This document shows, in pieces, positions 1 to 13,469 of a stretch of DNA of 64,000 nucleotides. The position numbers were made by a program, and so were the translations under genes. Numbering within the stretch: the stretch's first letter is position 1; every line of letters begins with the position of its first letter. Below the pieces are notes generated by a model that saw only the letters and a program-made list of their open reading frames with translations, was not told the DNA's origin and did not search any database. Origin of the DNA: Malacoraja senta. Lineage: Eukaryota. The stretch is from NCBI GenBank assembly GCA_038087875.1, contig CM075990.1, forward strand, positions 372,001 through 436,000, in the 5' to 3' direction.

Positions 1-570
1 TATTGAGTGTAGAAGTTGGGAGGTCATGTTGCAGTAGTATAAGAGATTGGTGATTTTGGTGGCATTTAGAATATTGTGTTCAGTTCTGGGCAGGGTTCAG
101 AAAAGATTTATGAGGATGTTGCCAGGACTAGAGGGTGTGAGCTATTGGGATAGGGTTGAGTAGGCTGGGTCTCTATTCAATGGAGCGCAGGAGGATGAGG
201 GGTGATCTTATAGAGGTGTACAAAATCATGAGAGGAATAGATCGGGTAGATGCACAGAGTCTCTTGTCCAGAGTAGGGGAATCTAGGACCAGAGGACATA
301 CAGTGGGTTAAAGGTGAAGGGGAAAAGATTTAATAAGAATATGAGGGGTAACTTATTCACACAAAGGCTGGTGGGTGTATGCCAGAATAGGTAGTTGAGG
401 CTGGGACTATCCCAACGTTTAAGAACAGTTAGACAGGTACATGGATAGGACAGATTTGGAGGGACATGGACCAAACGCAGTCAAGTGGGACTAGTGTAGC
501 TGGGACATGTTGGCTGGTGTATGCAAGATGGGCTGAAGGACCTGTTTCCACACTCTATGACTCTATCACT
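1..570 (+). mobile_element. CR1-clade LINE 3' fragment (degenerate ORF2 end and 3' UTR)
   Basis: Similar to the 3' end of the CR1 ORF2 at 44095-46596 (LEYCVQFW region); ends in a cctgtttcca...ctatgactctat tail. Confidence 0.85.
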
Positions 571-668
571 AACTCTCCTTCCCACTTTCGCATAGACTGT
601 ATGTCATCAGTCTTCTCCAATGCCACAGAGGGCCCAAACTAAATTGGAAGAATAATAGCTTACAAACA

Positions 669-957
669 GGTGGCGCAGCAGTAGAATTGCTGCCTTACAG
701 CGCCAGAGACCCCAGTTCCATCTTGTCTGTACGGAGTCTGTACGTTCTCCCCATGACCTGTTTGGCTTTTCTCCGGATGCTTCGATTTCCTCCCACACCA
801 CAAAGACATACAGGTTTGTAGGTTAATTGGCTTGGTATAATTGTAAATTGTCCCTTGTGTGTGTAGATAGCGTTAATGTGCGGGGATCGCTAGTCGGCAT
901 GTACTTGGTGGGCTGAAGGGCCTGTTTCCACGCTGTATCTCTAAACTAAACTAAACT
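669..957 (+). mobile_element. tRNA-derived V-SINE (HE1-like)
   Basis: tRNA-like head GGTGGCGCAGC, V-type core GTACGTTCTCCCC...TTCCTCCCAC, CR1-like tail GAAGGGCCTGTTTCC, (CTAAA)n end. Confidence 0.85.
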
Positions 958-1239
958 GCTGCAGCTGAGTCCTTCCACGTCCTTTTGTGTTCCTCATTCC
1001 AACACATGGAATCTGTTTTGTTTTCGTTAAACGTTCACTATCATCTTTTGAGGTCTGTTGTCAAAATATAGTCTTATGATGTTGAAAAAGTTCAAACTTT
1101 GGAAGAAACCAAATGTGAGGATGTTGTTAAAAAACAATTGTTGTTTATAATTTCAATTATAAATGAATAGCCCCTTATTCTGTAGTAATACTTCTTGTTT
1201 GTGACTCTCCCACATGTGGAAACATAGATTCACTGTTAT

Positions 1240-1495
1240 ATCATACAGAAATATGCCGTTCAACCCAATTTGTCCACATAAACCAAGATGCCCCTATTTC
1301 TCTGCTTTTGGCCCGTATCCACTGTCCTATCCATGCACCTGCCTAAATACCTTTTAAACAATGTAATTGTACCCAACACTACCACTTCCTCTGGCAGCTT
1401 GTTTCATATTTCCACCATCCTCTCCTTCAGATTTCCTTTAAATAATTCCTCTCATACCTTAAACCTGTGCCCTCTAGTTCTATACTCCCCTATCC
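1240..1495 (-). mobile_element. Degenerate CR1 3' fragment
   Basis: Reverse-complement similarity to the CR1 3' region at 290-560. Confidence 0.6.
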
Positions 1496-2172
1496 TCATT
1501 ACTCATGACAAATCTAAAATAGCCTGTTCTCATGTATTTTCAACAATATACTGTTATAAAAAAAGCAATTCCCAAGGCACTCTGCAAATTCTTCATCTTT
1601 GATATCTTTACCATTTTTGTACAACCATTCAATATGTAGAGTAAAACCTTAATGCTTACTGTGCATGTTTCATGGTATTTCAAAAAATGGTGCTGAAAAG
1701 CAGATACATTATGTCTCTCCATCCTCCTTAATATTGATGGCTGTAGTCTCCTTGATGCATTTGATTTTGTTGGACCAGCAGGATCTCCTAAACAACATCA
1801 TGTTAACTGACCCTTATGTGCAAGCAATATACAAGTTAATTCATGTTATGCCTCATTCTGGTCAATTAACATTTTCTTATTGCTCACCAGCCTAGCTTGC
1901 ATCGCTTTATAATAAATGTTCAATGATGCTTATAACAGGAGAGATATATCCATTCACTTATCTCAAGAAACCAGGAAGAAAAATAAACTGATAATTGAAC
2001 CAGTTGACTGTCGTAAGATGCAAAATGACACGAGGAGTAATAACACCTTGAATCGTGATATACAGTAGATCAGCCTTGCTACTACATGAAATTTGCTCAT
2101 GTAAGGTATGTTCCAGTGAGACAGCTCAAATTAATCCATTGTTGAAAAATCGAGGGCTTTGTGGTGAAATGA

Positions 2173-4065
2173 AAATCAAAATAAATCTAAATCAACCTTT
2201 ATTGTCATCTTGCAAGCAACAGTTGTACAGTGCAAAATGAAAAGACGTTTCCCAGGGGATACCGGAGCATCACACATGAAATTTAAAACATTTCACACAT
2301 AATAACACTAAAAACAATCCAGTCCCTGATGGAACAGTATAAATAGTTAAAAAGTAGGTAAAAACAACATTAAAATACAGTAAAACCAATCATAAACATG
2401 TCCGGGGCAACTGATTTGAGTGGCCAGTGTCAGTTATTGAAGTGTCCGTGCCAAGCCGCAGAATCAGGTGACTGTGAGTAGAGAGTGGCTGTTTAGCAGC
2501 CTCACAGCATATGGCAGGAAGCTGTTTAGCAGTCTTGTAGTCCGGGCTTTGATGCTGCGATATCTCTTGCCTGATGGCAGGAGATCCAAGTGTATGTGGA
2601 GGGGGTGCAATTTGTCCTTAGCAATTCTCTGAGCTTTTTTCAGACAGCGGCTCTGGAACAGTTCTTGTACCGAGGGTAGGGAGACGCCAATGATCCTCTC
2701 TGCTCCCCTCACTACCCTCTGCAGAGCCTTCCTGTCCGAGCAGTTGCAGGTGGAGTACTACGTATTTATGCAGTACGTGAGTACAGACTCCACCGTACCC
2801 TTGTAGAAAGTCCTGAGGATGTTTGTGGGGAGTGAGGCCTGTTTTAGTTTCCTCAGGAAGTGCAGTCGCTGATGGGCCCGTTTGACGGTCCCAGTGGTGT
2901 TCCTGGACCAGGTGAGGCTGTCTGTAATTTGCACCCCGAGGAACGTTATGCTCTCCACTCTCTCCACTGTGGCGCCACTGATGTTAAGGGGTGTATGCTT
3001 TGGCTGCACCCTCCTGAAGTCGACAACCATCTCCTTTGTTTTGTCGACATTTCATTCTAGATTATCTTTGCCGCACCAGTCCACTAGTTGTTTTACTTCC
3101 TCCCTGTACATTGATTCATCATCTCCGCTGATGAGTCCCACCACTGTTGTGTCATCTGCAAATTTTATGAACTTATTGTCCCTGAATCTGGCAGCACAGT
3201 CATGTGTGAGCAATGTGAACAACTGCGGGCTGAGCACACAGCCTTGAGGGAGCCGGTGCTCAGCATGATCGAGCCTGAAGTGTTCTTGCCAACACGGACT
3301 GACTGCGGTCTCTCTGTCAGAAAGTCCAAGATCCAGTGACACAGGGAGGTGTTGAGGCCCAGCAGGGTTAGTTTCTCCACAAGTCTCTGTGGGATGATGG
3401 TGTTGAACGCTGAGCTGAAGTCAATGTACAGGATTCTGGCGTATGTGTTTCTGTTTTCCAGATGCGTGAGCACTGTGTGCAGCGTGGTAGAGATGGCATC
3501 CTCTGTAGAACGGTTGGGGCGATAGGCAAACTGGAGGGGGTCTAACGATGAGGGGAGGCTGGCAGTAATGTGGGGTTTCGCCAGGCGTTCAAAACACTTC
3601 ATTATTATTGGGGTCAGGGCGACATGGCGGTAGTCATTTAGGCAGGCAACGACTGGTTTCTTCGCTATGGGTATTATTGTAGACGTTTTGAGGCATGTGG
3701 GGACAATGGCTTGACTGAGGGAGATGTTATAGATGTCTGTTAGCACATGTGCTAACTCCTCAGCACTTTCCTTAAGCACACGTCCTGGGATGTTATCGGG
3801 TCCGACTGCTTTCCACGGGTTGACCTTAGACAGGATTCTCCGTGTGTCCATCGGGTCTATGGTCAGGACTGGCTGGTCGGTTTGTAAGCAGGGGCTGGCT
3901 CTCCTCTTGGGTGTGTTGTTTGCTGCATCAAAACGAGCGAAGAAGTTGTTCAGTTCATCTGGGAGAGAAGTATCCGTGTCAGTTACCTGCTGCCTTGCCT
4001 TGTACCCCGTCAGTGTTTGGATTCCCTTCCACATCCTCCTGGTGTCTCCTGTGTCACAGAGGTGA
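2173..4065 (-). mobile_element. Rex1/Babar-type LINE, 5'-truncated, frameshifted RT
   Basis: ORFs 3165-4076, 3052-3342, 2758-3030 and 2464-2712 carry [27 protein letters not shown] and KFADDTTVVGLI; AATAAA plus short-repeat tail near 2173-2200. Confidence 0.9.
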
Positions 4066-4294
4066 CACCAATGCATCTTTGCATCAATGCATCTTTGTTA
4101 GTTTTAGTTTAAACTTATTTGGACTTCATCACTCCATTATTCATCTTGCAGATTCAACATCCCTACACTATTCCAAGTGTATCGTGCTTTGTTGAAAATA
4201 CTAGATTAAATCTTCAACCTGTGTTTGGAAAAATAATCGAAAGTCTGACAAGAGTGAAGCAAAGGTGGAAGACAGGTGATCTTGTAAAAGTGTG

Positions 4295-4565
4295 AAAGAT
4301 CATGAGAGGAATAGACGCACAGAGTCTCTTGCTCAGAGTTGGGGAATTGAACACCAGAAGACATAGGTTTAAGGTGAGGGGAAAAAGATTTAGTATGAAT
4401 CTGAGGGGTAACTTTTTCACACAAAGGGTGGCGGGTGTATTGAACAAGCTGCCAGAGGAGGTAGTTGAGGCTGGGTCTATCCCAACATTTAAGAAACAGT
4501 GAGACAGGTACATGGATAGGACAGGTTTGGAGGGACATGGACCAAATGCGGGCAGGTGGGACTAG
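4295..4565 (+). mobile_element. CR1 3' fragment
   Basis: ORF 4302-4502 (TRRHRFKVRG...NFFTQRV); same family as 1-570. Confidence 0.8.
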
Positions 4566-4576
4566 CGCAGACTTTT

Positions 4577-5221
4577 CATAGAAACAAAGAAACATAGAAA
4601 ATAGGTGCAGGAGTAGGCCATTCGGCCCTTCGAGCCTGCACCGCCATTCATTATGATCATGGCTGATCATCCAACTCAGTATCCCGTACCTGCCTTCTCT
4701 CCATACCCCCTGATCCCTTTAGCCACAAGGGCCACATCTAACTCCCTCTTAAATATAGCCAATGAATTGGCCTCAACTACCTTCTGTGGCAGAGAATTCC
4801 ACAGATTCACCACTCTCTGTGTGAAAAATGATTTTCTCATCTCGGTCCTAAAAGACTTCCCCCTTATCCTTAAACTGTGACCCCTTGTTCTGGATTTCCC
4901 CAACATCGGGAACAATCTTCCTGTATCTAGCCTGTCCAACCCCTTAAGAATCTTGTAAGTTTCTATAAGATCCCCCCTCAATCTTCTAAATTCTAGCGAG
5001 TACAAGCCGAGTCTATCCAGTCTTTCTTCATATGAAAGTCCTGCCATCCCAGGAATCAGTCTGGTGAACCTTCTCTGTACTCCCTCTATGGCAAGAATGT
5101 CTTTCCTCAGATTTGGTGACCAAAACTGTACGCAATACTCCAGGTGTGGCCTCACCAAGACCCTGTACAACTGCAGTAGAACCTCCCTGCTCTTATACTC
5201 AAATCCTTTTGCTATGAACAT
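4577..5221 (-). mobile_element. Young 5'-truncated CR1 LINE
   Basis: ORF 4676-5221 is almost identical to the C-terminus of the 44095-46596 ORF2; (TTCTATGT)-type tail. Confidence 0.95.
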
Positions 5222-5639
5222 TCATATGCGGCATTCATGTTGGAATGCCGCATTAAGTTCAATTAGATATACTTCAAAATGTACATTATTTTTTTTAAAT
5301 CTAAGTACTATGTACTAACTTCAAGAAAATGAAAAAAAATTGTTAATTCTAAAGTTAACTAACCTTTTAATGACTTTGTTGTAACTGCTTTCTGGAGTCT
5401 AGAGTCGCATTAGAACTAAATCATGAACATAACAGGTGGTATGTGGCCATTTTAAAACACAATAGCCCTCATGACTTACTAATGTTTTAATTGTTGCCGT
5501 CAGTCGGGGAGGATTATTTCGTTGAATCTTCTTTTACTCTTTGCTATTTAAAATACGATCATTTTAAGATTAAAATAAAAATAATAAAAGACAAACAAAA
5601 ACGTATTAATAAAAGGATTTGTTCTACAAAATTTGGATT

Positions 5640-5710
5640 CATTCAAAAGGCCGCACTTAATGGCCTAGAAGGCTGCATGCAGCCTTAAGGCTGCAGGTTC
5701 CCCACCCTTG
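5640..5710. mobile_element. Possible end of a hAT-like DNA transposon remnant
   Basis: Ends in GTTCCCCACCCTTG, resembling a CAGGGGTGGGGAAC-type TIR; partner end not found. Confidence 0.3.
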
Positions 5711-5794
5711 GTCTAGTGTAACTGGCCAGTGTGGGCCAGTTGGGCCTAAGGGCCTTGTTTCCACGCTGCATCACTGTGACTCTATGACTCTATG

Positions 5795-7628
5795 ACAAAC
5801 GATTCATCTACACAAAGAATTAACCCTGCACCCTCTCCTCCCCATTCACCACTTCACACCTTCTTAAGGTAAGACTCCAGTATGAAAAGAATGGACCATT
5901 TCCCACCTCAACCAACACTTCACACCCACTCACAGCCTGACCTCATTCTGCAAAGACTGGGCCCTTCTACACCCACCCCCCTCCAATCACCACTTCACAC
6001 CCAATCATCCACACCCTCCGAGCTGCAAAACATCACTTCTCCATCATCAACAATAAAAATAGGAGGTGGAGAGGCTTTTCAGAGGACAAAAAAGCCGGAA
6101 ATCTCCAGGACCTGCCAATGTTTCCCCCTCTACTCTTAAGCTCTGTGCCAAACAGCTGGCACCGGTATATACAGACATTTTTAACCAGTCCCTGCAACCA
6201 TGTACTGTTCCTGCCTGCTTCAAAGTCTCCACGATTGTCCCTGTACCCAAAAAGGCAAGGATTACTTGTCTTAATGATACAGGCCTGTCGCACTGACCTC
6301 TGTAGTCATGAAGACACTCGAAAGGCTTGTGCTCGCCAAGTTGAAAAATATCACAAACTCCCTGCTGGACCCTCTGCAGTTTGCATATTGGGCCAATAGA
6401 TCTGTGGATGATGCAGTCAACCAGGGCATGCACTTCATCCTACAGCACCTGGACCGCCAGGGGACCTATGCGAGGATCCTGTTTGTTGATTTTAGCTCTG
6501 CATTCAACACCATTGTGCCAGAGCTACTACACTCCAAACTTTCCGTGTTGACTGTGCCTGAACCCCTCTGTCGGTGGATCATCAACTTCCTGACAGACAG
6601 GAAGCAGCACGTGAGGCTGGGAAAGCACATCTCGGATGCGCAAACGCTCAGCATAGGAGCACCACAAGGCTGCGTACTCTCTCCTCTCCTCTACTCTCTC
6701 TACACCAACGACTGCACCTCCACAGACACCTCTGTCAAGCTTCTCAAGTTTGTGAACGACATAACCCTGATTGGACTGATCCAAGATGGGGAGGAATCTG
6801 CCTACAGACAGGAAGTGTCACAGCTGGCGTCCTGGTGCCATCGCAACAACCTGGAGCTCAACGCTCTTAAGACAGTGGAATTGATTGTAGACTTTAGGAG
6901 AGCTCCCCCACACCATCAACAACACCACAGTCACATTTGTGGAGTCTTTTAAGTTCCTGGGAACCATCATCTCCAAGGACCTTAAGTGGGGGGCTACCAC
7001 CGACTCCACAGTCAAAAAGGCACAACAGAGGATGTACTTCCTACGGCAGCTGAGGAAGCACAATCTGCCACAGGCAATGATGGTCCAATTCTACACGGCC
7101 ATTGTAGAGTCTGTTCTCACCTTCTCTATCATGGTCTGGTTTGGCTCAGCCACAAAGCACGACACCTGGAGGCTGCAGCGAATCGTCCGATCAGCAGAGA
7201 AAGTTATTGGCGGCAACCTTCCCTCCATTGATGAACTGTACACTGCAAGGGCCAGGAAGCGAGCAGGCAAGATCATCTCTGACCCCTCTCACCCTGGCCA
7301 CAAACTCTTTGAATGACTTCGCTCAGGAAGGGGACTCCGGACTGTCAAAGCTGCCACAGCCAGACATAAAAACAGTTTTTATCCACGAGTAGTTGCTCTA
7401 CTCAACAGCCAAAAATCTGTAGCCTCCCTTTGATCTGGTATTTTGTTGGTTCACATGCTTGATCAATGGTGTTTTATCATTAATGTTTTATTATTATTAA
7501 TGTTTAGTGTTTTCTGAGTGATTCGTAACTGTCACTGTATGTCATGTTGTTACTTTTGGGCAGAGCACCAAGGCAAATTCCTTGTATGTGAATACTTGGT
7601 CAATAAACTTACTTACTTACTTACTTAC
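5795..7628 (+). mobile_element. Rex1/Babar-type LINE, 5'-truncated
   Basis: ORFs 6066-6296, 6308-6952 and 6939-7316 with RT motifs ([18 protein letters not shown], decayed KFVND); AATAAA followed by (CTTA)n tail. Confidence 0.9.
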
Positions 7629-7778
7629 ACTGACATGCTGTGTAAAGTTCTCTACCAACTGTGAAAAGCCAGCAGAGAAAGAACATCCCCTGTATGTGTG
7701 TCATGTTTTTGTTTGATCACTTTTATTTATTTGTATGTGAAATTTTCACTTCCATTTGGACCTACCCATCACAAGTCA

Positions 7779-8100
7779 TGGTGGCGCAGCGGTGGAGTTG
7801 CTGCCTTACAGTGAATGCAGCACCGGAGACCCGGGTTCGATCCCGACTACAGATGCTGTCTGTACGGAGTTTGTACGTTCTCCCCATGATCTGCATGGGT
7901 TTTCTCAGAGATCTTTGGTTTCCTCACACACTCCAAAGACGTACAGGCGTGTAGGTTAATTGGCTTGGTAAATGTAAAAATTGTCCCTAGTGGGTGTAGG
8001 ATGGTGTTAATGTGCGGGGATCGCTGGTCGGCGCGGACCCGGTGGGCCGAAGGGCCTGTTTCCGCCCTGTATCTCTAAACTAAACTAAACTAAACTAAAC
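7779..8100 (+). mobile_element. V-SINE (HE1-like), full length
   Basis: A box TGGCGCAGCGG, B box GGTTCGATCC, V core, (CTAAA)n tail. Confidence 0.9.
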
Positions 8101-8649
8101 ATAGAATTACAAATCTAACTAGAAAAACTGCATTATGTATCGTACTTGCTGTAATAGGTGGCTACTCAGTAAGCATATCCATATATTTTTGTGCATCTTT
8201 TATTTCTGTTTTGGAAAATTATTTTCCTGTCCCTTATTTCTGTTCGTCTTTGTAATTTCTATCCAGAGGTATGAGGTACCAAGTAATTTCTCTTGATTAA
8301 GTGAAGTGGAGGAATCCCATAAATTATGTCGTTGATGCCACAAAGCCTGCTGAATCAGAAAGAGCATCTGGCAGGAATTGCTCACTGTACTCAAATCTCA
8401 TTCAGATTCAGAATAGATTGTAACGTCTTGTGAAATGTTCAGAAAATCATTGGAAATTTGGTAAGTATAGTTAAAATGCAACTTTTTGTTCGTTTATGGA
8501 ATTTGGAATCACAAGCATGGCTGGCATTTATTCTCCTTGAGTAAGCATCCTGGACTGCGCTTCGGTAGGCAGTTCCAGGCTTGAGAGACAGCAAGGGTGA
8601 AGGGATGGGTGGGTTTACAGCTGCAACCTATGATGGGATGTGGATAGGC

Positions 8650-8950
8650 ACACACAAAATGCTGGAGTAACTCAGCGGGACAGGCAGCATCTCTGAACAG
8701 AAGGAATGGGTGACGTTTCGTCAGACTGAGAGTCAGGAGAGAGGGAGACACTGAGATAAGGTTGGGTGAGGTGTGAAAATGAGACATCAAAAGAGATGTG
8801 GTTCAAGGAAAACGTAGAATAGATCATTGTTAGGGGAAGGTGACAACAAAGCAAACAGAGATAAACTGTAATCAGGGTATGTAGTCAATGTGGTCAGTGG
8901 TCAGTGAACTGGGAAGGGGGAGGAGTGGCTCTCAGTCTGAAGAAGGGTCT
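8650..8950 (-). mobile_element. Penelope-like element terminal fragments
   Basis: Same family as 50955-51450 and 60220-60555 (CACAAAATGCTGGAGTAACTCAGCGGG). Confidence 0.65.
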
Positions 8951-9509
8951 CATTAAAGACATGCTATCAATCTGGCCAAGGGGAAGCGGGGGGTGAAAGC
9001 AGATGCACAGGAAATCAGGAAGGGCCTGTCTCCATGCTGTATCACTTGATGACTCTAGGACTCTAAATCAGCTGTAGCAGCCCAAAATGTAGTTGAGGCT
9101 CGGAAAGTGGGACCCTCTGGAAATGGATCAGCACACCAAAAGACAAAGCAGCCCAGACATACTGGAAGCTAAAACGTAGGGTTCCAGGAGGCCATAGACC
9201 TCAGCGAGAACAGCGACTGCATGTTTTAATGTTGGCTCTTTTACAGTTGAGATGGTTTGAGCAAAACTTGGTATTTATGTCAGATCAGGTCTGTTTGTCA
9301 ACTCCCACTGCTGGTGAGTTTTGTGTTCCACCTCGGTTTATTTCATTTTTGAGTATTTACTTTCACTTTTCATTCTGCCATGTAAAATGATTTGGTGTGA
9401 CGAATCCCTGTGGGAAAGATTAGAGTCTTGAGGGGAGATAAAAAATTGAATGCGATTAGATTATATATTTGTGTATTAGAGTAATACAGTAATGAGTTGA
9501 CCCAGGAGC

Positions 9510-9875
9510 TGGACTGCACACAAAGCCCAGCCGGCGGGCCAGCTGAGGAGTCCGACACCCCATCCAAATCATGAACTGATGATCGGCCATGAGAAGGAGG
9601 GGTTGTGTTGTCGGCGGTAAGCGAAGGTCCGAAGGTCGGACAGCTGGCCGGGTTGCCGACCGACGGGGCCACAGGCGAGGCGCTGCTGCTGCACTCCATG
9701 GGCTGCACTACATCGGGATGGGTGAGACAGGGCTGGACGCGGCACTCCGGCCCGACAGTCCCTTCGACCCGAATAGTAGCAGTCAAATATGGGACAAGGA
9801 TGGTCCCATATGGGACAAACCAATTTAGCCCAATATGTGGCATATCCCGGCTAATACGGGTAGTTGGCAACCCTA
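9510..9875. mobile_element. GC-rich hAT-like non-autonomous element, one end preserved
   Basis: Ends in GTTGGCAACCCTA, the reverse complement of a TAGGGTTGCCA hAT-type TIR, with subterminal ATATGGGACA repeats; left TIR absent. Confidence 0.55.
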
Positions 9876-10103
9876 GTGCCGGTGTCAGTACTCCATGTAG
9901 CAGGTTCCATCTTGTAAACACTCTGAATGATGAAACAACAGTCTTACTTACTGGATCTATTGATGCTCTAGGATTGGACACAAGAAGTGGAAATGTTTTA
10001 TTTACTTTATTTTATTTAAGTCAAGTCAAGTCAAGTCACATTTATTTATATAGCACATTTAAAAACCAACTCTCGTTGGCCAAAGTGCTTTACATTTGTT
10101 AAG

Positions 10104-10572
10104 GGCGGCACGGTGGTTCAGAGGTAACAGTTGTTGCCTCACAGCACCAGAGACCCGGGTTCAAACCTGACTACGGTGCTGTCTTCACGGAGTATGTACG
10201 TTCTCCCATTAAGGCAAATAGTTCTCCAACACATCTCAGTAGGTTAATATCCAGATACTTGATGCTGTCCAAGATTAGGGCAGCACGGTGGCACAGCGGT
10301 TGAGTTGTTACCTCATAGAGCCAGAGACCCAGGTTCCATCCTGACTACAGGTGCCGTATGTGCAGAGTTTGTACGTTCTCCCCGTGACCGGGTATGTTTC
10401 CTCCGAGATCGGTTTCCTCCCACAGGCCAAAAGAGATACAGGTTTGTAGATTAATTGGCTTGGTATAAATGTAAATTGTCCCCAGTGTGTGAAGGGTAGT
10501 GTTAATATGTGGGGATCACTGGTCGGTGTGGACTCGGTGGGTCGAAGGGCCTGTATCTCGATACTAAACTAA
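10104..10572 (+). mobile_element. Two V-SINE copies (partial 10104-10210; full 10278-10572)
   Basis: tRNA-like heads and V core as in 7779-8100. Confidence 0.8.
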
Positions 10573-11000
10573 AAAATAATTCAAAATCTCTCACAGACGA
10601 ATTGAATGCCAAGTTCTATTTACTTTGGCTGTCGTAGACATTGACAAAAGCTTTTGGTAGTTTCTCCACACTCCCTATTGATTTTGTTCGTGAGAGCATG
10701 TTAATTAGGATCAAGGGAATTACTCCAGTTCTTGTTCATCCTTTCAGATTAATGTGAAGCCCATCCTGGTACAATCGGGTTTTCAGTGAATCCATTGCTT
10801 GAGTCTTTTGCAATGATATGTGAAAGTCCAATGCATCTAATAATACAAAGGAAATGTTAGCTTCGAATTGGGGGGTTTTCTGACCTAACCTGCTACTCCC
10901 AGACATGAGGTATGCCCTTTGTACAGTGAACTGGTAGAATATGCAGAGTTCCCAGCAGAGGGAGGGCAGGAGGCAGGATAGCAGTCTCACCTGACAGCGG

Positions 11001-11294
11001 TTTAGTCTAATTTAGTTTAGAGATACAGCGCGGAAACAGGCCCTTCAGACCAGCGATCCCCGCACATTAACACTACCCTACATACACGAAGGCCAATTTT
11101 ACATTTACATCAAGCCAATTAACCCTCAAGCCTGTACGTCTTTGGAGTGTGGGTGGAATCCAAAGATCTCTGAGAAAACCCACGCAGGTCATGGGGAGAG
11201 CGTATAAACTGTGTACAGACAGCGCCCGTAGTCAGGATCAAACCCGGGTCTCTGGCGCTGTAAGGCAGCAATTCTACCGCTGCACCACCGTGCC
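11001..11294 (-). mobile_element. V-SINE
   Basis: Reverse complement of the 7779-8100 family. Confidence 0.85.
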
Positions 11295-11549
11295 ACAGTA
11301 CAGCGGTGTGTACACCAGGTGCAATTGTCTCCTGTATGAACCTTGGCAAAGAACAAAGTGGGAGACATCTGTGCTAGAGTAAGGAAATGCAAATAACTAA
11401 TACCATCTGCTGCAACCATCAGTCTTCTTCTGAGCTGAGTGATCAGTGCCAGGGAAGGTGAACCTGGCAATGAACATGGATGTTTCAATTTTGTATATCA
11501 TTAGCTCACAGGATATAGACATCACCAGCCATGTTAAGCAGTTACTTAA

Positions 11550-11763
11550 TAGGAATCTGAGGGACAAACTGCCAGAGGAGGTAGTTGAGGCTGGGACTAT
11601 CCCAACGTTTAAGAACCAATTAGACAGGTACATGGATAGATCAGGTTTGGAGGGATATGGACCAAACACCAGCAGGTGGGACTAGTGTAGCTGGGACACG
11701 TTGGCCGTTATGGGCAAGTTGGGCTGAAGGGCGTGGTTCCACTCTGTATCACTCTATGACTCT
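11550..11763 (+). mobile_element. CR1 3' end
   Basis: KLPEEVVEAGTIPTFK peptide and 3' UTR as in 1-570. Confidence 0.8.
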
Positions 11764-11927
11764 TACTGCCCACCCTTACCCCAGAACTGAGGATCAAAGT
11801 TATTGATCAAATACATTGCTAGAACTGGAATCACAAATAGACAGATGGGGTGAGGAGAGCGGTTTCCTTCTTCAAAAGCTATTATTGAATCAGATAGGAT
11901 TTTATAACAACTCAGCTGTCCTACTGC

Positions 11928-12243
11928 TTAGTTTAGTTTAGTTTAGAGATACAGCATGGAAACAGGCCCTTCGGCCCACCGGGTCCGCGCCGACCAGCAT
12001 TCCCACATATTAACACTATCCTACACCCACTAGGGACAATTTTCACATTTACCAAGTTAATTAACCTACAAACCTGTACCTCTTTGGAATGTGGGAGGAA
12101 ACCGAAGATCTCGAAGAAAACCCATGCAGGTTACGGGGAGAACGTACAAACTCCGTACAGACAGCACTTGTAGTCTGGATTGAATCTGGGTCTCCGGCAC
12201 TGCATTCGCTGTAAGGCAGCAACTTTACCGCTACGCCATCGTG
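11928..12243 (-). mobile_element. V-SINE
   Basis: Reverse complement of the SINE family with (TTTAG)n tail. Confidence 0.85.
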
Positions 12244-12394
12244 ACTGCCCACTGCTGTGGGGATCTGTGCTGCTGTGGTCCCAGTCTTGCTGTGAGGATA
12301 GTGCCGCGAACAGACCCAGACTAGGGTGCTGACATGGTCTCCAGAAGCATCATTGACCTTCATCGATGGCACCCTACACTTAACAACATCATTA

Positions 12395-12775
12395 GTTCAG
12401 TTTACTTTATTGTCAAGTGTACCGAGGTACAGTTAAAAGCTTTTGATGCGTGCTAACCAGTCAGGGGAAAGACAATACATGTTTACAATTGTGCTATTTA
12501 CAGTGTATAGTAACATGATAATGGTATAACGTTTAGTGCAAGGTAAAACCAGCAAAGTCCGATCAAAGACAGTCCGAGGGTCAACAAGGAGGTAGATAGT
12601 AGTTCAGCACTGCTCTCTGGTTGTGGGAGGATGGTTTATTTGCCTGATAAAAGCTGGGAAGAAACTGTCCCTGAATCTGGAGGTGTGTGTTTTCACACTT
12701 CTATACCTTTTGCCTGATGGGAGAGGGGAGATGAGGGAGTGACCAGGGTGCGACCGGTCCTTGATTATGCTGCTC
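12395..12775 (-). mobile_element. Rex1-type LINE 3' fragment
   Basis: Reverse complement of the 21450-21825 3' region. Confidence 0.75.
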
Positions 12776-13029
12776 ACGGGTCTTTGGTCGTGGTAGAGAG
12801 ATCCACATATGAGAGAACTGTTGTGTGACCTTGTTTCTGGAAGCCCTGACTGATCTGATCACCTGACTGGATCGCATGTGACAAATGGTGCAAAGAAGGT
12901 GAATGAGAGCAACAAATTGTCATGATCTCTAGTTCCCTCTGCCAACCAAGTTTCTGATTGCCAGCATTCTCTCCTTCATTGTGTTCACGAACAAAATAAG
13001 CAGCTTAGTGGCACAGCTGGTAGACCTGG

Positions 13030-13465
13030 TGGAGCATGTGATGAGTGTTTGACGGCACTGGGCCTGTACTCACTGGAGTTTAGAAGAATGAAGGGGGGAC
13101 CTCATTGAAATATGCCGAATTGTGAAAGGCTTGTGAAAAAAATGTTTCCACTGGTGGGAGAATCTAGGACTAGAGGGCATAGCCTCAGAATTAAAGGATG
13201 TTTCTTTAGGAAGGAGATGATGAGGAATTTTGTTGGGAAGAGGGTGGTGAATCGGTGGAATTATTTTCCACAGAAGGCTGCGGAATTCGTCAATGTATAT
13301 TTTTAAGGCAGAGATAGATAGATTCTTGATTAGTGCGGGTGTCAGGGGTTATGGGGAGAAGAAAGGAGAATGGGGTTAGGAGGGAGAGATAGAGCAGCCA
13401 TAATTGAATGGCAGTGTAGACTTGATAGGCCGAATGGCCTCATTCTGTTCCTATCACATGACCTG
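13030..13465 (+). mobile_element. CR1 3' fragment inserted into an old SINE head
   Basis: ORF 13112-13306 (ESRTRGHSLRIKG); the SINE head starts near 13005 and resumes near 13470. Confidence 0.75.
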
Positions 13466-13469
13466 ATAA

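Noticed and set aside
7779..7850. tRNA genes at SINE heads
   Set aside because: A/B boxes run directly into the V core and LINE-like tail; these are SINEs.
9370..10102. Overlapping 203-aa and 165-aa ORFs
   Set aside because: They span a GC-rich transposon remnant and have no recognisable protein motifs.
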